Assembly: GCA_019118885.1 (NCBI GenBank) | Contig: DWYB01000057.1 | Location: 226 to 64,225, forward strand | Length of the DNA stretch: 64,000 nucleotides | Reading direction: 5' to 3' | From: Candidatus Mediterraneibacter surreyensis | Lineage (GTDB): Bacteria; Bacillota; Clostridia; Lachnospirales; Lachnospiraceae | In this document: one piece after another, positions 48,120 to 56,514 of the stretch | How the letters are laid out: every line of letters begins with the position of its first letter | Numbering within the stretch: the stretch's first letter is position 1 | Made by a program: the position numbers and the translations under genes | The notes under the pieces: model-generated | The model's database searches: none | What the model saw: only the letters and a program-made list of their open reading frames with translations | Told to the model about the DNA's origin: nothing

Positions 48120-49469
48120 ATGCAAAAACAAGATTATTATAACGACTTTTTTGAAATTGGGCAACAGAATATTAACTTCAGTTTCTTCGAATTGAGTCTA
48201 CCCGACGACGATCCAGTCTATACCCTGAAAAAAGTGATGGAGGAATTAGATTTTTCAGGCCTGCTGGCCTGTTATCCAAACAAGGGAAGAACCGGGTTTA
48301 ACCCAATCATGCTGTATGCTGTCGTTACCTACGCAAACATGCGCGGAGTCCGGGCCGTTGACCGGATTGTTGATCTGTGCCAGAGAGACCTTGCTTTTAT
48401 CTGGCTGACGAAAGGGCAGAAGCCTCAAAGGGATGTTTTTTACGATTTTAAAAGCAAAAAGCTCACAGGGGAAGTCCTGGATGAATTGAATTACCAGTTC
48501 ATGCGCCGCCTGGAAAAAGAAGGGTTTCTTACACTGAAAGAACTTTATATCGATGGAACGAAACTGGAGGCAAATGCCAACAGATATACCTTTGTCTGGC
48601 GGGGCAGCCTGAATTACCATCTTGCAGGCCTGCTGGATACGATTGATGCCCTTTATACAAAGTACAACGCTTTCCTGCTGGACAATGGGTATGGCCCGAA
48701 ATATGACCTTGGGGATGCACATATGTTTGTGATTGAGGGGATGGACAAAGTCAGGAAGATCATCCAAAAGAACAGGGAGCGGAAACTGACAAAGCATAAG
48801 AAGATCCCTAATAATACCATAATCGAGATCGATCATTGTTCCCCGCTTGAAATCCGGAAACTGCAGAAGAACCTGCTGTATCTGAAAGAGAACAGGATCC
48901 GCAGCGTCATCAAGCTGCAGGACCATGAGAAGAGGAAGACACGGGCATACAAAGAAGACATCGGGAAGTATTACAACATGACATACGCCGTTTTTGAGAA
49001 TGAGCACTATTATATCTGCCATGACGGAAGAGAACTGCACCATATCCGGACAGAAAGCAAAGAACAGGACGGCTACACACAGACAGTAGAGGTATACGGC
49101 TGTGCGGACTGCAGTGAATGTGAATATAAATCGAAATGTCTTTATAAATACAATCCCGAAAAGAATCCGGACCAGAACAAGGTCATGAAGATCAATGAAC
49201 GCTGGGAAGAACTGAGGGAGGAGTCCAACACGAATATCCAGAGTGAAGAAGGGATCCTGAAACGTCAGACACGGTCGATCCAGACAGAGGGTCACTTTGG
49301 AGATATCAAAGAGAACGAGAACTTCCGTCGTTTTAACTACCGTTCGAAAGAGAAAGTATATAAAGAGTTCATGCTGTATGCCATAGGGCGGAACATCATG
49401 AAATATCATCGGTTTTTACGTCAGGAAATCGAAAAATTTGAAGGGAAAAAGGAGCAGGAAGCGGCTTGA
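48120..49469 (+). CDS. IS1182-family transposase, apparently lacking the central DDE core
   Basis: The N-terminal pattern is GRTGFNPIMLYAVVTYANMRGVRAVDRI..FIWL..YIDGTKLEANANRYTFVWRGS. The C-terminal pattern is YICHDG..CADCSECEYKSKC..RSIQTEGHFGDIKENENFRRFNYRSKEKV. I see no DATF/YN.Q/DAGY-type catalytic segment between them. At 449 aa it is shorter than I would expect for the family. Confidence 0.6.
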   Translation: MQKQDYYNDFFEIGQQNINFSFFELSLPDDDPVYTLKKVMEELDFSGLLACYPNKGRTGFNPIMLYAVVTYANMRGVRAVDRIVDLCQRDLAFIWLTKGQKPQRDVFYDFKSKKLTGEVLDELNYQFMRRLEKEGFLTLKELYIDGTKLEANANRYTFVWRGSLNYHLAGLLDTIDALYTKYNAFLLDNGYGPKYDLGDAHMFVIEGMDKVRKIIQKNRERKLTKHKKIPNNTIIEIDHCSPLEIRKLQKNLLYLKENRIRSVIKLQDHEKRKTRAYKEDIGKYYNMTYAVFENEHYYICHDGRELHHIRTESKEQDGYTQTVEVYGCADCSECEYKSKCLYKYNPEKNPDQNKVMKINERWEELREESNTNIQSEEGILKRQTRSIQTEGHFGDIKENENFRRFNYRSKEKVYKEFMLYAIGRNIMKYHRFLRQEIEKFEGKKEQEAA

Positions 49470-49529
49470 CCAAAGGAGTGCTCTGAAAAATCCAGCCAAG
49501 GGGTTATTGCGCCCTATAATAGCGTTTGC

Positions 49530-49606
49530 CAAAAGACGGAGGCAATCTCCGATAGAATTACGGCTTAAAAAAGTCCGTATTCTGCGGGATTGTCTCCGTC
49601 TTGTTT
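49530..49606. repeat. Nested imperfect inverted repeat downstream of the transposase gene
   Basis: The outer arms are AAGACGGAGGCAATC (49533-49547) and GATTGTCTCCGTCTT (49588-49602), with one mismatch. The inner arms are AGAATTACGG and CCGTATTCT. Confidence 0.5.
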
Positions 49607-49818
49607 GTCAGGAGTCAAAAATCAGTATTAACCGACAGCCCCATTGAAAATATACCGTAAAAATGGGGAAATCGAAGCTCAGAGGAATGGAGGAACAAAG
49701 TGGGAAAATAAAATGCCGGAACTTTTCTAGTACTACGACGGAAAACGGGAGGGCAATCCTGAGACATGCAGGCAGAGCAGCATAATGCTAAACAACTATG
49801 GGGGTAAAAACACTACTG

Positions 49819-49847
49819 TTGGAAATCCTGATGAATTATAGTATAAT
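49819..49847 (+). promoter_or_regulatory. Strong sigma-A type promoter heading the plus-strand island genes
   Basis: TTGGAA (49819-49824), a 17-nt spacer, then TATAAT (49842-49847). It lies about 125 nt upstream of ATG 49973. Confidence 0.55.
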
Positions 49848-49972
49848 TAATGACACAGAACAATGGAGTTTTCGTATGAAGAGTACGGATGTGACTGTCG
49901 GGTTTAGTCGGTTTCAGGTTCAACGTGAGTCATTGAAAACTTTGAAAATTCAAGAAAATGGGGCGATAGGTT

Positions 49973-51053
49973 ATGGAAAATGCTGAACAGAACCGAATTA
50001 CAGAAATTATCTCTGAATTGAGCAGTTGTAGAGAAGATGAAAGAAGCGCATACAATCAAATACTTCAGGTTATTACAGTAGTAGGGACAATCCTAGGAAT
50101 TTTATATGGTGCATCTTTTTTGCCGAAAAATCCGGGGGTGTTGATTCAAACCGATTTTTCTGAATTTAAAAATATGCCTATACTTTATAAAATGTTAGAA
50201 TCCGTAAAAGAAAGCTTGGTATATACGAGGATTATTTTTCTATAGTGGCTTTTACATATGTTTTGGTCTTAGGTTTGGGAAATCTTATGAGTTCCTTATA
50301 TATCAGGCTAGATATCAGATTAATGATATTAGAGGAATACAGGAGGATAAAGAAGCTGGACATACTAATCGTCTTCTTTCAGGAGACGAAGAAAACGTCG
50401 GACGTAGGATAAAATTGTCTTTTGGAATAGCAATTGTTAAAATTTTTATTGCGACTATCCTGACCGTTATGTTTGGAAATGATACAAGAGTAATGTTGTT
50501 TATATGTTTTGGTCTTGTTTTATTGTCCTCTATTTCCTATGAATTGGCTAGGGCATATAAGAAGAAGTGGTTAGTATTTATACTGGTAGGTATCGGTTAT
50601 CCCTTGCGTTTTTTTTGTTGGTTATTTGACTGCCGTTCCTGAAAATTGGAAGGATATTTTTAGTATAGAAGGTGTTTGTTTTTCGATTGCAATGTTAGCC
50701 TATGGATCATACCTATATCAGTCTATTACATAGAAGTTGTTATCTCCCTGATAGGAATTCTGGGGATTATTACAAATAACTGGAAAAAAGCATTATTTTG
50801 CCTCTTAAGCATAATGGCAGTTGCTGTCAGGGGAATTTTCTTATTTGTAGATGGAGGCCCCTTGGCCTATTTACTGTTTTGGATATTGCGGGGGATCATG
50901 CTCGGGACTTATACCTTATTATGTTTTCAGCCATTCTTGAAAGCTTTTGATAAAGTATATGGTTATCGGATATTGAAGAAGATTGTGGGGGATTATGCTT
51001 TTGAACAGGCGTGGCAAGGTAAAGATGAACGTTCTTCCCTGCCGAAACAGTGA
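49973..51053 (+). pseudogene. Membrane protein gene with UbiA-prenyltransferase-like signature, broken into at least 3 frames
   Basis: Track ORFs 49973..50245, 50415..50642 and 50676..51053 are all hydrophobic. Frame 0 is in fact open from 50208 to 50642 and reads YQINDIRGIQEDKEAGHTNRLLSG (compare the UbiA motif NDxxDxxxD...RPLxSG). Removing one T from the T5 run (50235-50239) fuses ORF1 to it. Removing one T from the T8 run (50609-50616) gives GYPLRFFVGYLTAVPENW and continues to 50733. Confidence 0.4.
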
Positions 51054-51111
51054 TGATAATATTTAAAATGGATATAAAGAGTAACGCTGCCGAGGAAGAA
51101 AGGGGAATCTT

Positions 51112-51516
51112 ATGGAGCGGAAAGATACAGTAAAAACCGATCTAATAGGTGTAATAGAAGACTACTATACGCATTGCAAAAGAACTGCTTTTTGGTCATT
51201 AGTAATAGCTGCTATAAGCGCTGTGGCAAGCATATCGGTGATTGGAAAATTAATACATGTTTCTTTTTCCGGGGCTGTATCCCCTCTCCAGGTATGTCTG
51301 TTCATTTTCCTGACCCTGATCTTGCTGGGGCTTGCAGGAGCTGCGGTTTCCCTGCATATTTTTTACATCAGAAAGCAAAGGGAATATGTGGAATATATGA
51401 AAGAAAAGGAAGCTTTTTCTTCTTGCGGACAAACAGTGGAAAAAATGGAGAAAAGTGAAGAAAAAGATAAGATGCGTACATATATTATTAAGGCGAGGAT
51501 AAGCCGGTTCAGATAG
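51112..51516 (+). CDS. Small two-TM membrane protein of unknown function
   Basis: 134 aa with two hydrophobic helices (FWSLVIAAISAVASISVIG; VCLFIFLTLILLGLAGAAVSL) and a charged C-terminal tail. An AAAGGGG RBS is present. Confidence 0.5.
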   Translation: MERKDTVKTDLIGVIEDYYTHCKRTAFWSLVIAAISAVASISVIGKLIHVSFSGAVSPLQVCLFIFLTLILLGLAGAAVSLHIFYIRKQREYVEYMKEKEAFSSCGQTVEKMEKSEEKDKMRTYIIKARISRFR

Positions 51517-51571
51517 CAGGAAAGCCCAGAGAGAAACCAAAGCAATAGAATGTGATGAGAAGAGGATAAAG

Positions 51572-54118
51572 ATGAGCAGGCATACGGATAAAAAGCGCAG
51601 CAAATTAAAGGCTACGATTGCAATTATTGTTATATTTGCAGTGGCGGCAGCGGTAATTTTTCTGATCAGTGAACAGCAACTCGATAAGATAGAGAATGTC
51701 TATGATGATGATCAGAGAAGTACCTTGTGGCCGCTGCTTATTACATTGATCGCAACAATGCTGGGAAGTCTGATCACATCATATGTTTTTTTGAAAGAAG
51801 CTCTGGACAGAACCTCGGATGAAAAAACATATTATAGTGTGGTGATCCGTGAATACCGCGAGAAGACAATGAGAAGCCTCTGGCTCTATATGCTTACTTC
51901 TCTTGCGCTGATGGGAATTGTGATCTGTCTTTACAGCATGTTTTATTTTATGCATATCCGCTCAAGAGACGAAGTGCGTATCATTCTTATCCTGTCATAC
52001 GGAGCGTGTATGATTGGCTCTGCCTGGTTTTTGAATAAATGTATTGATATAGACAGAGGACTCCATAAGATGGCAGATAAGCTTCTTAAAATAAAGATTA
52101 AAGAAGCGGGAGAATTGCTTTCCATATTAAAGGACAAACATGATCATATGCTATGGGATAGTTCTGTCAATGAAAGCTTTTATGAACTGATCGGCCGGAT
52201 AACGAGCGGGGCGGAAAGTACGGAAGCATGGCTCCAGATTGAGGATGAGACAACCGCAAAGAGTATCAGCAAGAAGAAATTTATCAACAGATTTTCAGAG
52301 TGGGAAAAGATTTTGTTTTGTCTTGCAGAAAATGGCGAGGGATTTTTACACAGGCAGTCCATGGCGGAAAGAGTGCGTTTTGCGGTAGAGCATGGGGAGA
52401 CGGTATACGGAGCGACGGATGTAGAACAGAATGATGCCGGGACGCATAGCTGGGGAGAAAATCCGCCATATGAGAATGTGTTCGGAATAAAGCAGGCTTT
52501 GAAAATAGATGGGACAGGATTCTGCGATGCATATTATCTTTTGTCGGAAATACGGAATCTGCTTCAAGTACAGACGGAGACGGCGCCAAGAAAAGAAGCA
52601 GAACCGCTGAAAGAAAACGAGATTGGAACCATTTTTTTGTTTTTTCTGATGCAATTGTCCCTCTATGTTTTTTGCATGCTCCCGAAACTGGAGATCTTTT
52701 TCCCGTCGGGGAAATTCAGTTTTATTGATTTTTATGGTATCCGTTTTGAGACGTCCTCTTTTAGGACTTCTTTATTTGACTGCTGTCTTTTTGTGAGAAA
52801 CCGGATAAAGGACTGCAACTTCGGGATGGCTTCGTTCAAAAACTGTGAGTTTTATTATACAAGCAGTGAAGACTGCTCATTTACAAATACGCTTTTTGAA
52901 AGCTGCTTTTTTCATAACGCAAAATTTGAATATGTTGATTTCACAGGTGCGGTGCTGAAGAACTGTGATCTTAAGCGGGCGCAGTTTGATGGCGTTGTCC
53001 TGGCAAATGTTACTCTTGCAGAAGCAGTGCTTGGGAAGAATAATTTTTCATCTTCTCAGCTCACAGATATTGCAGTCACTCTGAATCAAGATACAGATAA
53101 GGAAATGAAAGAATGCGGGTTCACGGCATCTGTTCTGGAGCGGGTGAAGCTGAAGCTTTTTCCAGAAAAGGATTATCGTGAGGTGTTCTGCCGGATCTGG
53201 ACGGAGATGAAAAGAGAAAAAGCGGATATCCTGGAAGAGAGGAACTGCCGTTACGGGCAGAATGGTCTTATGATGCAGAGAACCTGGGGAAAAATCGCTG
53301 AAGAGGCGGCACTGAAGATGGATCAGTGTGATTTTACAGGCGCTGTGGTGACGGACATTGCATTTTACAGGGTATGTATGGAACAAAGTGTATTTGTAAA
53401 AACGCAGATGGATTCGATTAAAATATATGCCTGCGACATGCGCGGATGTATCCTGGAACAGGCTAATCTGAGAGAGGGAAGAATCTGTGCGTCAGATTTC
53501 CGCAGTGCGGTTCTGGCAGACGCGATTTTCTATAAAAGCAGGTGCCGTTTGGTGAATCTTGAAGATTCGGATATGAGCAGACTTCATGCATCAGCAGCAA
53601 AATTTACTCTTTGTTCCTTTGAGCGCAGTGACTGCAGCCGAATCGATCTGACAATGGCGGTGGTGAAGGAGAGCTCATTTCAGGATGTTATACTGAAAGA
53701 CGCTGAATTGACAAGAGCATCTTTTTCTCGGGTTTCTTTTGTAAATTGTATTGCAAGCGGGATGCTGTCATCTTATTCAACTTTTAAGGAATGTTTATTT
53801 AAGAATGCTTTTCTCGGACAGTCCAGTTTTAATTATTCTGAATTTTTTAACTGCAGCTTTGCATTTGCCAGTTTTGCGGACAGTACAGTGTCCGGCGCCA
53901 GATTTGACGGATGTGATTTTACGGAGACAAATTTTAGTAATACATGTTTTATCGGGGTAACATTCAAGGATAGTAAGAACCTGGATGCGGATTCATTTAA
54001 AGAAGCCAGATTTATTAATCCTGTATTTGAAGGAATGGATAAATCTTTTGAAAGGACTCTGATCGCGAAAGGTATTGAAGTCAGGAGAACAGGCGGATTA
54101 GATGCAGGGAAATTATAA
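51572..54118 (+). CDS. Membrane-anchored pentapeptide-repeat protein
   Basis: 848 aa. The first roughly 170 aa hold four predicted TM helices, followed by a roughly 200-aa linker and a fifth hydrophobic segment (IGTIFLFFLMQLSLYVFCML). Two long tracts then show strict 5-residue periodicity with central F/L, for example CNFGM ASFKN CEFYY TSSED CSFTN TLFES CFFHN AKFEY VDFTG AVLKN CDLKR AQFDG. Confidence 0.75.
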   Translation: MSRHTDKKRSKLKATIAIIVIFAVAAAVIFLISEQQLDKIENVYDDDQRSTLWPLLITLIATMLGSLITSYVFLKEALDRTSDEKTYYSVVIREYREKTMRSLWLYMLTSLALMGIVICLYSMFYFMHIRSRDEVRIILILSYGACMIGSAWFLNKCIDIDRGLHKMADKLLKIKIKEAGELLSILKDKHDHMLWDSSVNESFYELIGRITSGAESTEAWLQIEDETTAKSISKKKFINRFSEWEKILFCLAENGEGFLHRQSMAERVRFAVEHGETVYGATDVEQNDAGTHSWGENPPYENVFGIKQALKIDGTGFCDAYYLLSEIRNLLQVQTETAPRKEAEPLKENEIGTIFLFFLMQLSLYVFCMLPKLEIFFPSGKFSFIDFYGIRFETSSFRTSLFDCCLFVRNRIKDCNFGMASFKNCEFYYTSSEDCSFTNTLFESCFFHNAKFEYVDFTGAVLKNCDLKRAQFDGVVLANVTLAEAVLGKNNFSSSQLTDIAVTLNQDTDKEMKECGFTASVLERVKLKLFPEKDYREVFCRIWTEMKREKADILEERNCRYGQNGLMMQRTWGKIAEEAALKMDQCDFTGAVVTDIAFYRVCMEQSVFVKTQMDSIKIYACDMRGCILEQANLREGRICASDFRSAVLADAIFYKSRCRLVNLEDSDMSRLHASAAKFTLCSFERSDCSRIDLTMAVVKESSFQDVILKDAELTRASFSRVSFVNCIASGMLSSYSTFKECLFKNAFLGQSSFNYSEFFNCSFAFASFADSTVSGARFDGCDFTETNFSNTCFIGVTFKDSKNLDADSFKEARFINPVFEGMDKSFERTLIAKGIEVRRTGGLDAGKL

Positions 54119-54136
54119 AGAAAGAGAGAAAGAGAA

Positions 54137-54970
54137 TTGTTTTACACTGGAAAGACGCTAGATACTTTTTGCCCGGCTTTGGACCAGCTGATGGAATATG
54201 AGAGACTGCCGAAGATAAGCAGTGCGGACTGTGTCAGCCTGCGGGCGTTTGGGTTCTGTGCAGACGGCGGGGCGAAAGAATGGTTCCGGCCTTTGCTCGA
54301 TATAGAAAGTGCGGTCAGGAATCTGAGTGATGCGGCAGGACTCCCCTTTTTGGCTGTCCATGTATGTAAAGGTTCTGACAGGATGGAACTGCCGGAAGCT
54401 TTTGTCTTTGGCCCGGCGAAAAGCGGGATTGCGGCACCGGCGGTAAGCGACCGCTACTACAGAGGCGACGGAAGATATTTGTTCGTGCAGCATCGGGAAA
54501 AGAAATATCAGATATTTGATCCATGGGGGTTCCCGGGTATGTGGATGACGCGGGAGGAACTTCTGTCTCTGGCTGACAGTCAGATTGGGTGCTTCATTAT
54601 CTGTTTGCAGGGAGAGGGCATGGATAGAAACGGTTTATCCCGGGAAGTATCCTGTGAAACGATATTAGAGCGGGGCATAAAGTATCACAAGGAAATAAAA
54701 GAATGCGAGTATCAGAGCATAAAAGGGGCTGTGAGACGTTATGCAGGCACGCAGAGTGAAAGAATTGCGCTCAGATATGGAATCCTCAACATGATCCAGA
54801 TGCTGGATAAAGTTTTTTTACTTGCTGCAAACTGCGGGCGGCAGGATATAAAAACAGAGTATGACGAAATAAAGCAGCAACTGTTTCGTATGGCGGAATC
54901 AGCAAACATCAGGGAGCTTCCCGGCACATTGGTCAGTATATGGAGGAGTCTGGAGAACGATGGAAGATAA
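54137..54970 (+). CDS. BtrH-N-like (papain-fold acyltransferase-like) protein, paralog 1
   Basis: 277 aa with a TTG start. It aligns by eye with the protein at 59991: MFYTGKTLDTFCPALDQL vs RFYGNEICCGSYACLNAM, and GRYLFVQHREKKYQIFDPWGFPGMWMTREELLSLA vs DHYILLEYYSDNEAYCTDSEGFYQYRLSYEELRAYL. The family assignment comes from recalled BtrH_N/DUF4872 patterns. Confidence 0.45.
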   Translation: MFYTGKTLDTFCPALDQLMEYERLPKISSADCVSLRAFGFCADGGAKEWFRPLLDIESAVRNLSDAAGLPFLAVHVCKGSDRMELPEAFVFGPAKSGIAAPAVSDRYYRGDGRYLFVQHREKKYQIFDPWGFPGMWMTREELLSLADSQIGCFIICLQGEGMDRNGLSREVSCETILERGIKYHKEIKECEYQSIKGAVRRYAGTQSERIALRYGILNMIQMLDKVFLLAANCGRQDIKTEYDEIKQQLFRMAESANIRELPGTLVSIWRSLENDGR

Positions 54971-56225
54971 ATATGCTTTTTTGGACCCCATGGATAAAGC
55001 GTGGGAAGATATTATGGAAGGTCTGAGAAAAACGGAACAGGAGTGGGGTGCACCGTTCTATATTTTTCATAAAAATTTGTTCATCCGTAATCTGAATCTT
55101 CTGAGAGAGCATCTTGGCGGGGACGTGGATATTGCTTTTGCCATGAAAGCGAATCCCTGGCTGGCTCCGGCAGCGGCTGAGGTGGCAGATTATATTGAGG
55201 TGAGTACGGACGGAGAACTTAAGATGTGCCGGGCGTATGGAATACTGGGCAGCAGGATTACCTTAGACGGTGTGCTCAGGACAGAGGCTATGCTTCGGGA
55301 CGCCCTTGATATGGGCGTGAGGAGATTCGGCATTGATTCAGTGGATCAGGCAAGACAGATTATAGGATTATGCGATGAATTATGTGCTGCCGGAAAATTA
55401 GGAGAGGATTCTGTGAAACTGCTTCTGCGGCTTAGCAGCGGAGGCAGGTTCGGGATGGGGACGGAAGAGGCTGCACAGTGCTTTAAGACCTGCGGTGAAA
55501 GTAAGCATGCCAGGATTGTCGGGATCCATTATTATTCGGGGACGCAGCGAAGTGAAGCCGGGAAGCTGAAGCGGGAGCTGGAATATTTCCGGCAGACTTT
55601 GAACAGCCTTTGTGAACTACCGGGAGCTGCCATATACGAAATACAGTTCGGATGCGGCCTTGGATTCCCATATTTTTCTGAAGAAAAGCGAGAGGGATAT
55701 GCGGCTGCTGTGGATGAAGCCGCAAGGTTTGCATATAAGCTGAAGGGAAAATTTAAAGTGGTCTATGAAGCCGGTAGATGTGCGGCAGCTTCAGCAGGAG
55801 TCTATGTGACGAAGGTGTTTCAAATAAAAGAGCGCGAGGATAAGAAGATTTTGTTCTGTCTTGGCGGGACAAATCATCTTCGGTATCCGGGAGGAGCGCT
55901 CGGCATACGGACTCCGCATATAGAGCACCTTTGCGGAATGCCTTCGGGAAGAATATCGGGCTGTATGATCTGCGGCGCGCTGTGCAATGAAGCGGATGTA
56001 CTCGCACGCAGCGCGGCAGTGGATGAAGGTGTACAGAGAGGAGATTTGTTGATCTTCTGCGGGGCCGGAGCCTACTGCGCGACAGAGGCATCGAATTTGT
56101 TTTTATCTATGGAAATGCCGTCGGTATTAGTGTATAATAAAATGAATAATGTGTTTTGCACACAAGATATGCGGTGTTTGCGTGGGCATTCATCAACATA
56201 TAGACTTCTGGACGATAGGATGTGA
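54960..56225 (+). CDS. Type III PLP-dependent decarboxylase (Orn/DAP/Arg decarboxylase family; BtrK-like)
   Basis: The PLP-lysine motif is IAFAMKANP. Other family motifs are HYYSGTQ, YEAGR and ICGALCNEADVL. The start overlaps the upstream stop by 11 nt. Confidence 0.75.
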   Translation: MEDKYAFLDPMDKAWEDIMEGLRKTEQEWGAPFYIFHKNLFIRNLNLLREHLGGDVDIAFAMKANPWLAPAAAEVADYIEVSTDGELKMCRAYGILGSRITLDGVLRTEAMLRDALDMGVRRFGIDSVDQARQIIGLCDELCAAGKLGEDSVKLLLRLSSGGRFGMGTEEAAQCFKTCGESKHARIVGIHYYSGTQRSEAGKLKRELEYFRQTLNSLCELPGAAIYEIQFGCGLGFPYFSEEKREGYAAAVDEAARFAYKLKGKFKVVYEAGRCAAASAGVYVTKVFQIKEREDKKILFCLGGTNHLRYPGGALGIRTPHIEHLCGMPSGRISGCMICGALCNEADVLARSAAVDEGVQRGDLLIFCGAGAYCATEASNLFLSMEMPSVLVYNKMNNVFCTQDMRCLRGHSSTYRLLDDRM

Positions 56226-56232
56226 AGTGGAA

Positions 56233-56511
56233 ATGAACAGACCTGGCAGAGAAGAGACAGAGAACAGGATCATAGGGATAGTGTCTGAGATGTTCCGTAA
56301 TTCTGCCGGATATAATAGCGATATAACAGTCAGCGCCGAGTCGAAGATTCGGGACGAATTGGAATTTGATTCGATCATGCTTATTGTGCTCCAAATCGAT
56401 ATAGAGGATGCGTTTCAAATCAGGTTTGATCCTGTAGAAGAAAATCTTCAGCAGGTTTTTCTGTCGGTACGGACATTAACAGACTCTGTGCAGAGTCATA
56501 TGGGAGTGTGA
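56233..56511 (+). CDS. Acyl/peptidyl carrier protein
   Basis: 92 aa starting at ATG 56233, which lies 8 nt after the decarboxylase stop. The phosphopantetheine-attachment-type motif is DELEFDSIMLIVL. The longer track ORF from 56149 overlaps the decarboxylase and was rejected. Confidence 0.7.
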   Translation: MNRPGREETENRIIGIVSEMFRNSAGYNSDITVSAESKIRDELEFDSIMLIVLQIDIEDAFQIRFDPVEENLQQVFLSVRTLTDSVQSHMGV

Positions 56512-56514
56512 GAT

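Larger units (their letters stand above)
48090..49650 (+). mobile_element. IS1182-family-like insertion sequence (the right boundary is uncertain)
   Basis: The left boundary is estimated from where similarity with the solo end at 43507-43556 begins. The element contains transposase ORF 48120..49469. It starts only about 25 nt upstream of the GDSL esterase start codon. Confidence 0.55.

Noticed and set aside
48255-49409. A 384-aa minus-strand ORF inside the IS
   Set aside because: It is antisense to the transposase ORF and has no motifs.
49848-49972. A possible riboswitch or leader element in the roughly 125-nt 5' UTR of the island operon (contains the direct repeat GTCGG(G)TTT x2)
   Set aside because: I could not fold it into, or match it to, any riboswitch class from memory. 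Only short 5-bp stems are visible.
49798-49986. A 62-aa ORF upstream of the island genes
   Set aside because: It starts upstream of, and runs through, the predicted TTGGAA-17-TATAAT promoter. It has no RBS.
56149-56232. The longer version of the carrier-protein ORF, starting inside the decarboxylase gene
   Set aside because: The first 28 codons overlap the decarboxylase 3' end and translate to a Cys/His-rich string. ATG 56233 gives a carrier protein of normal length.
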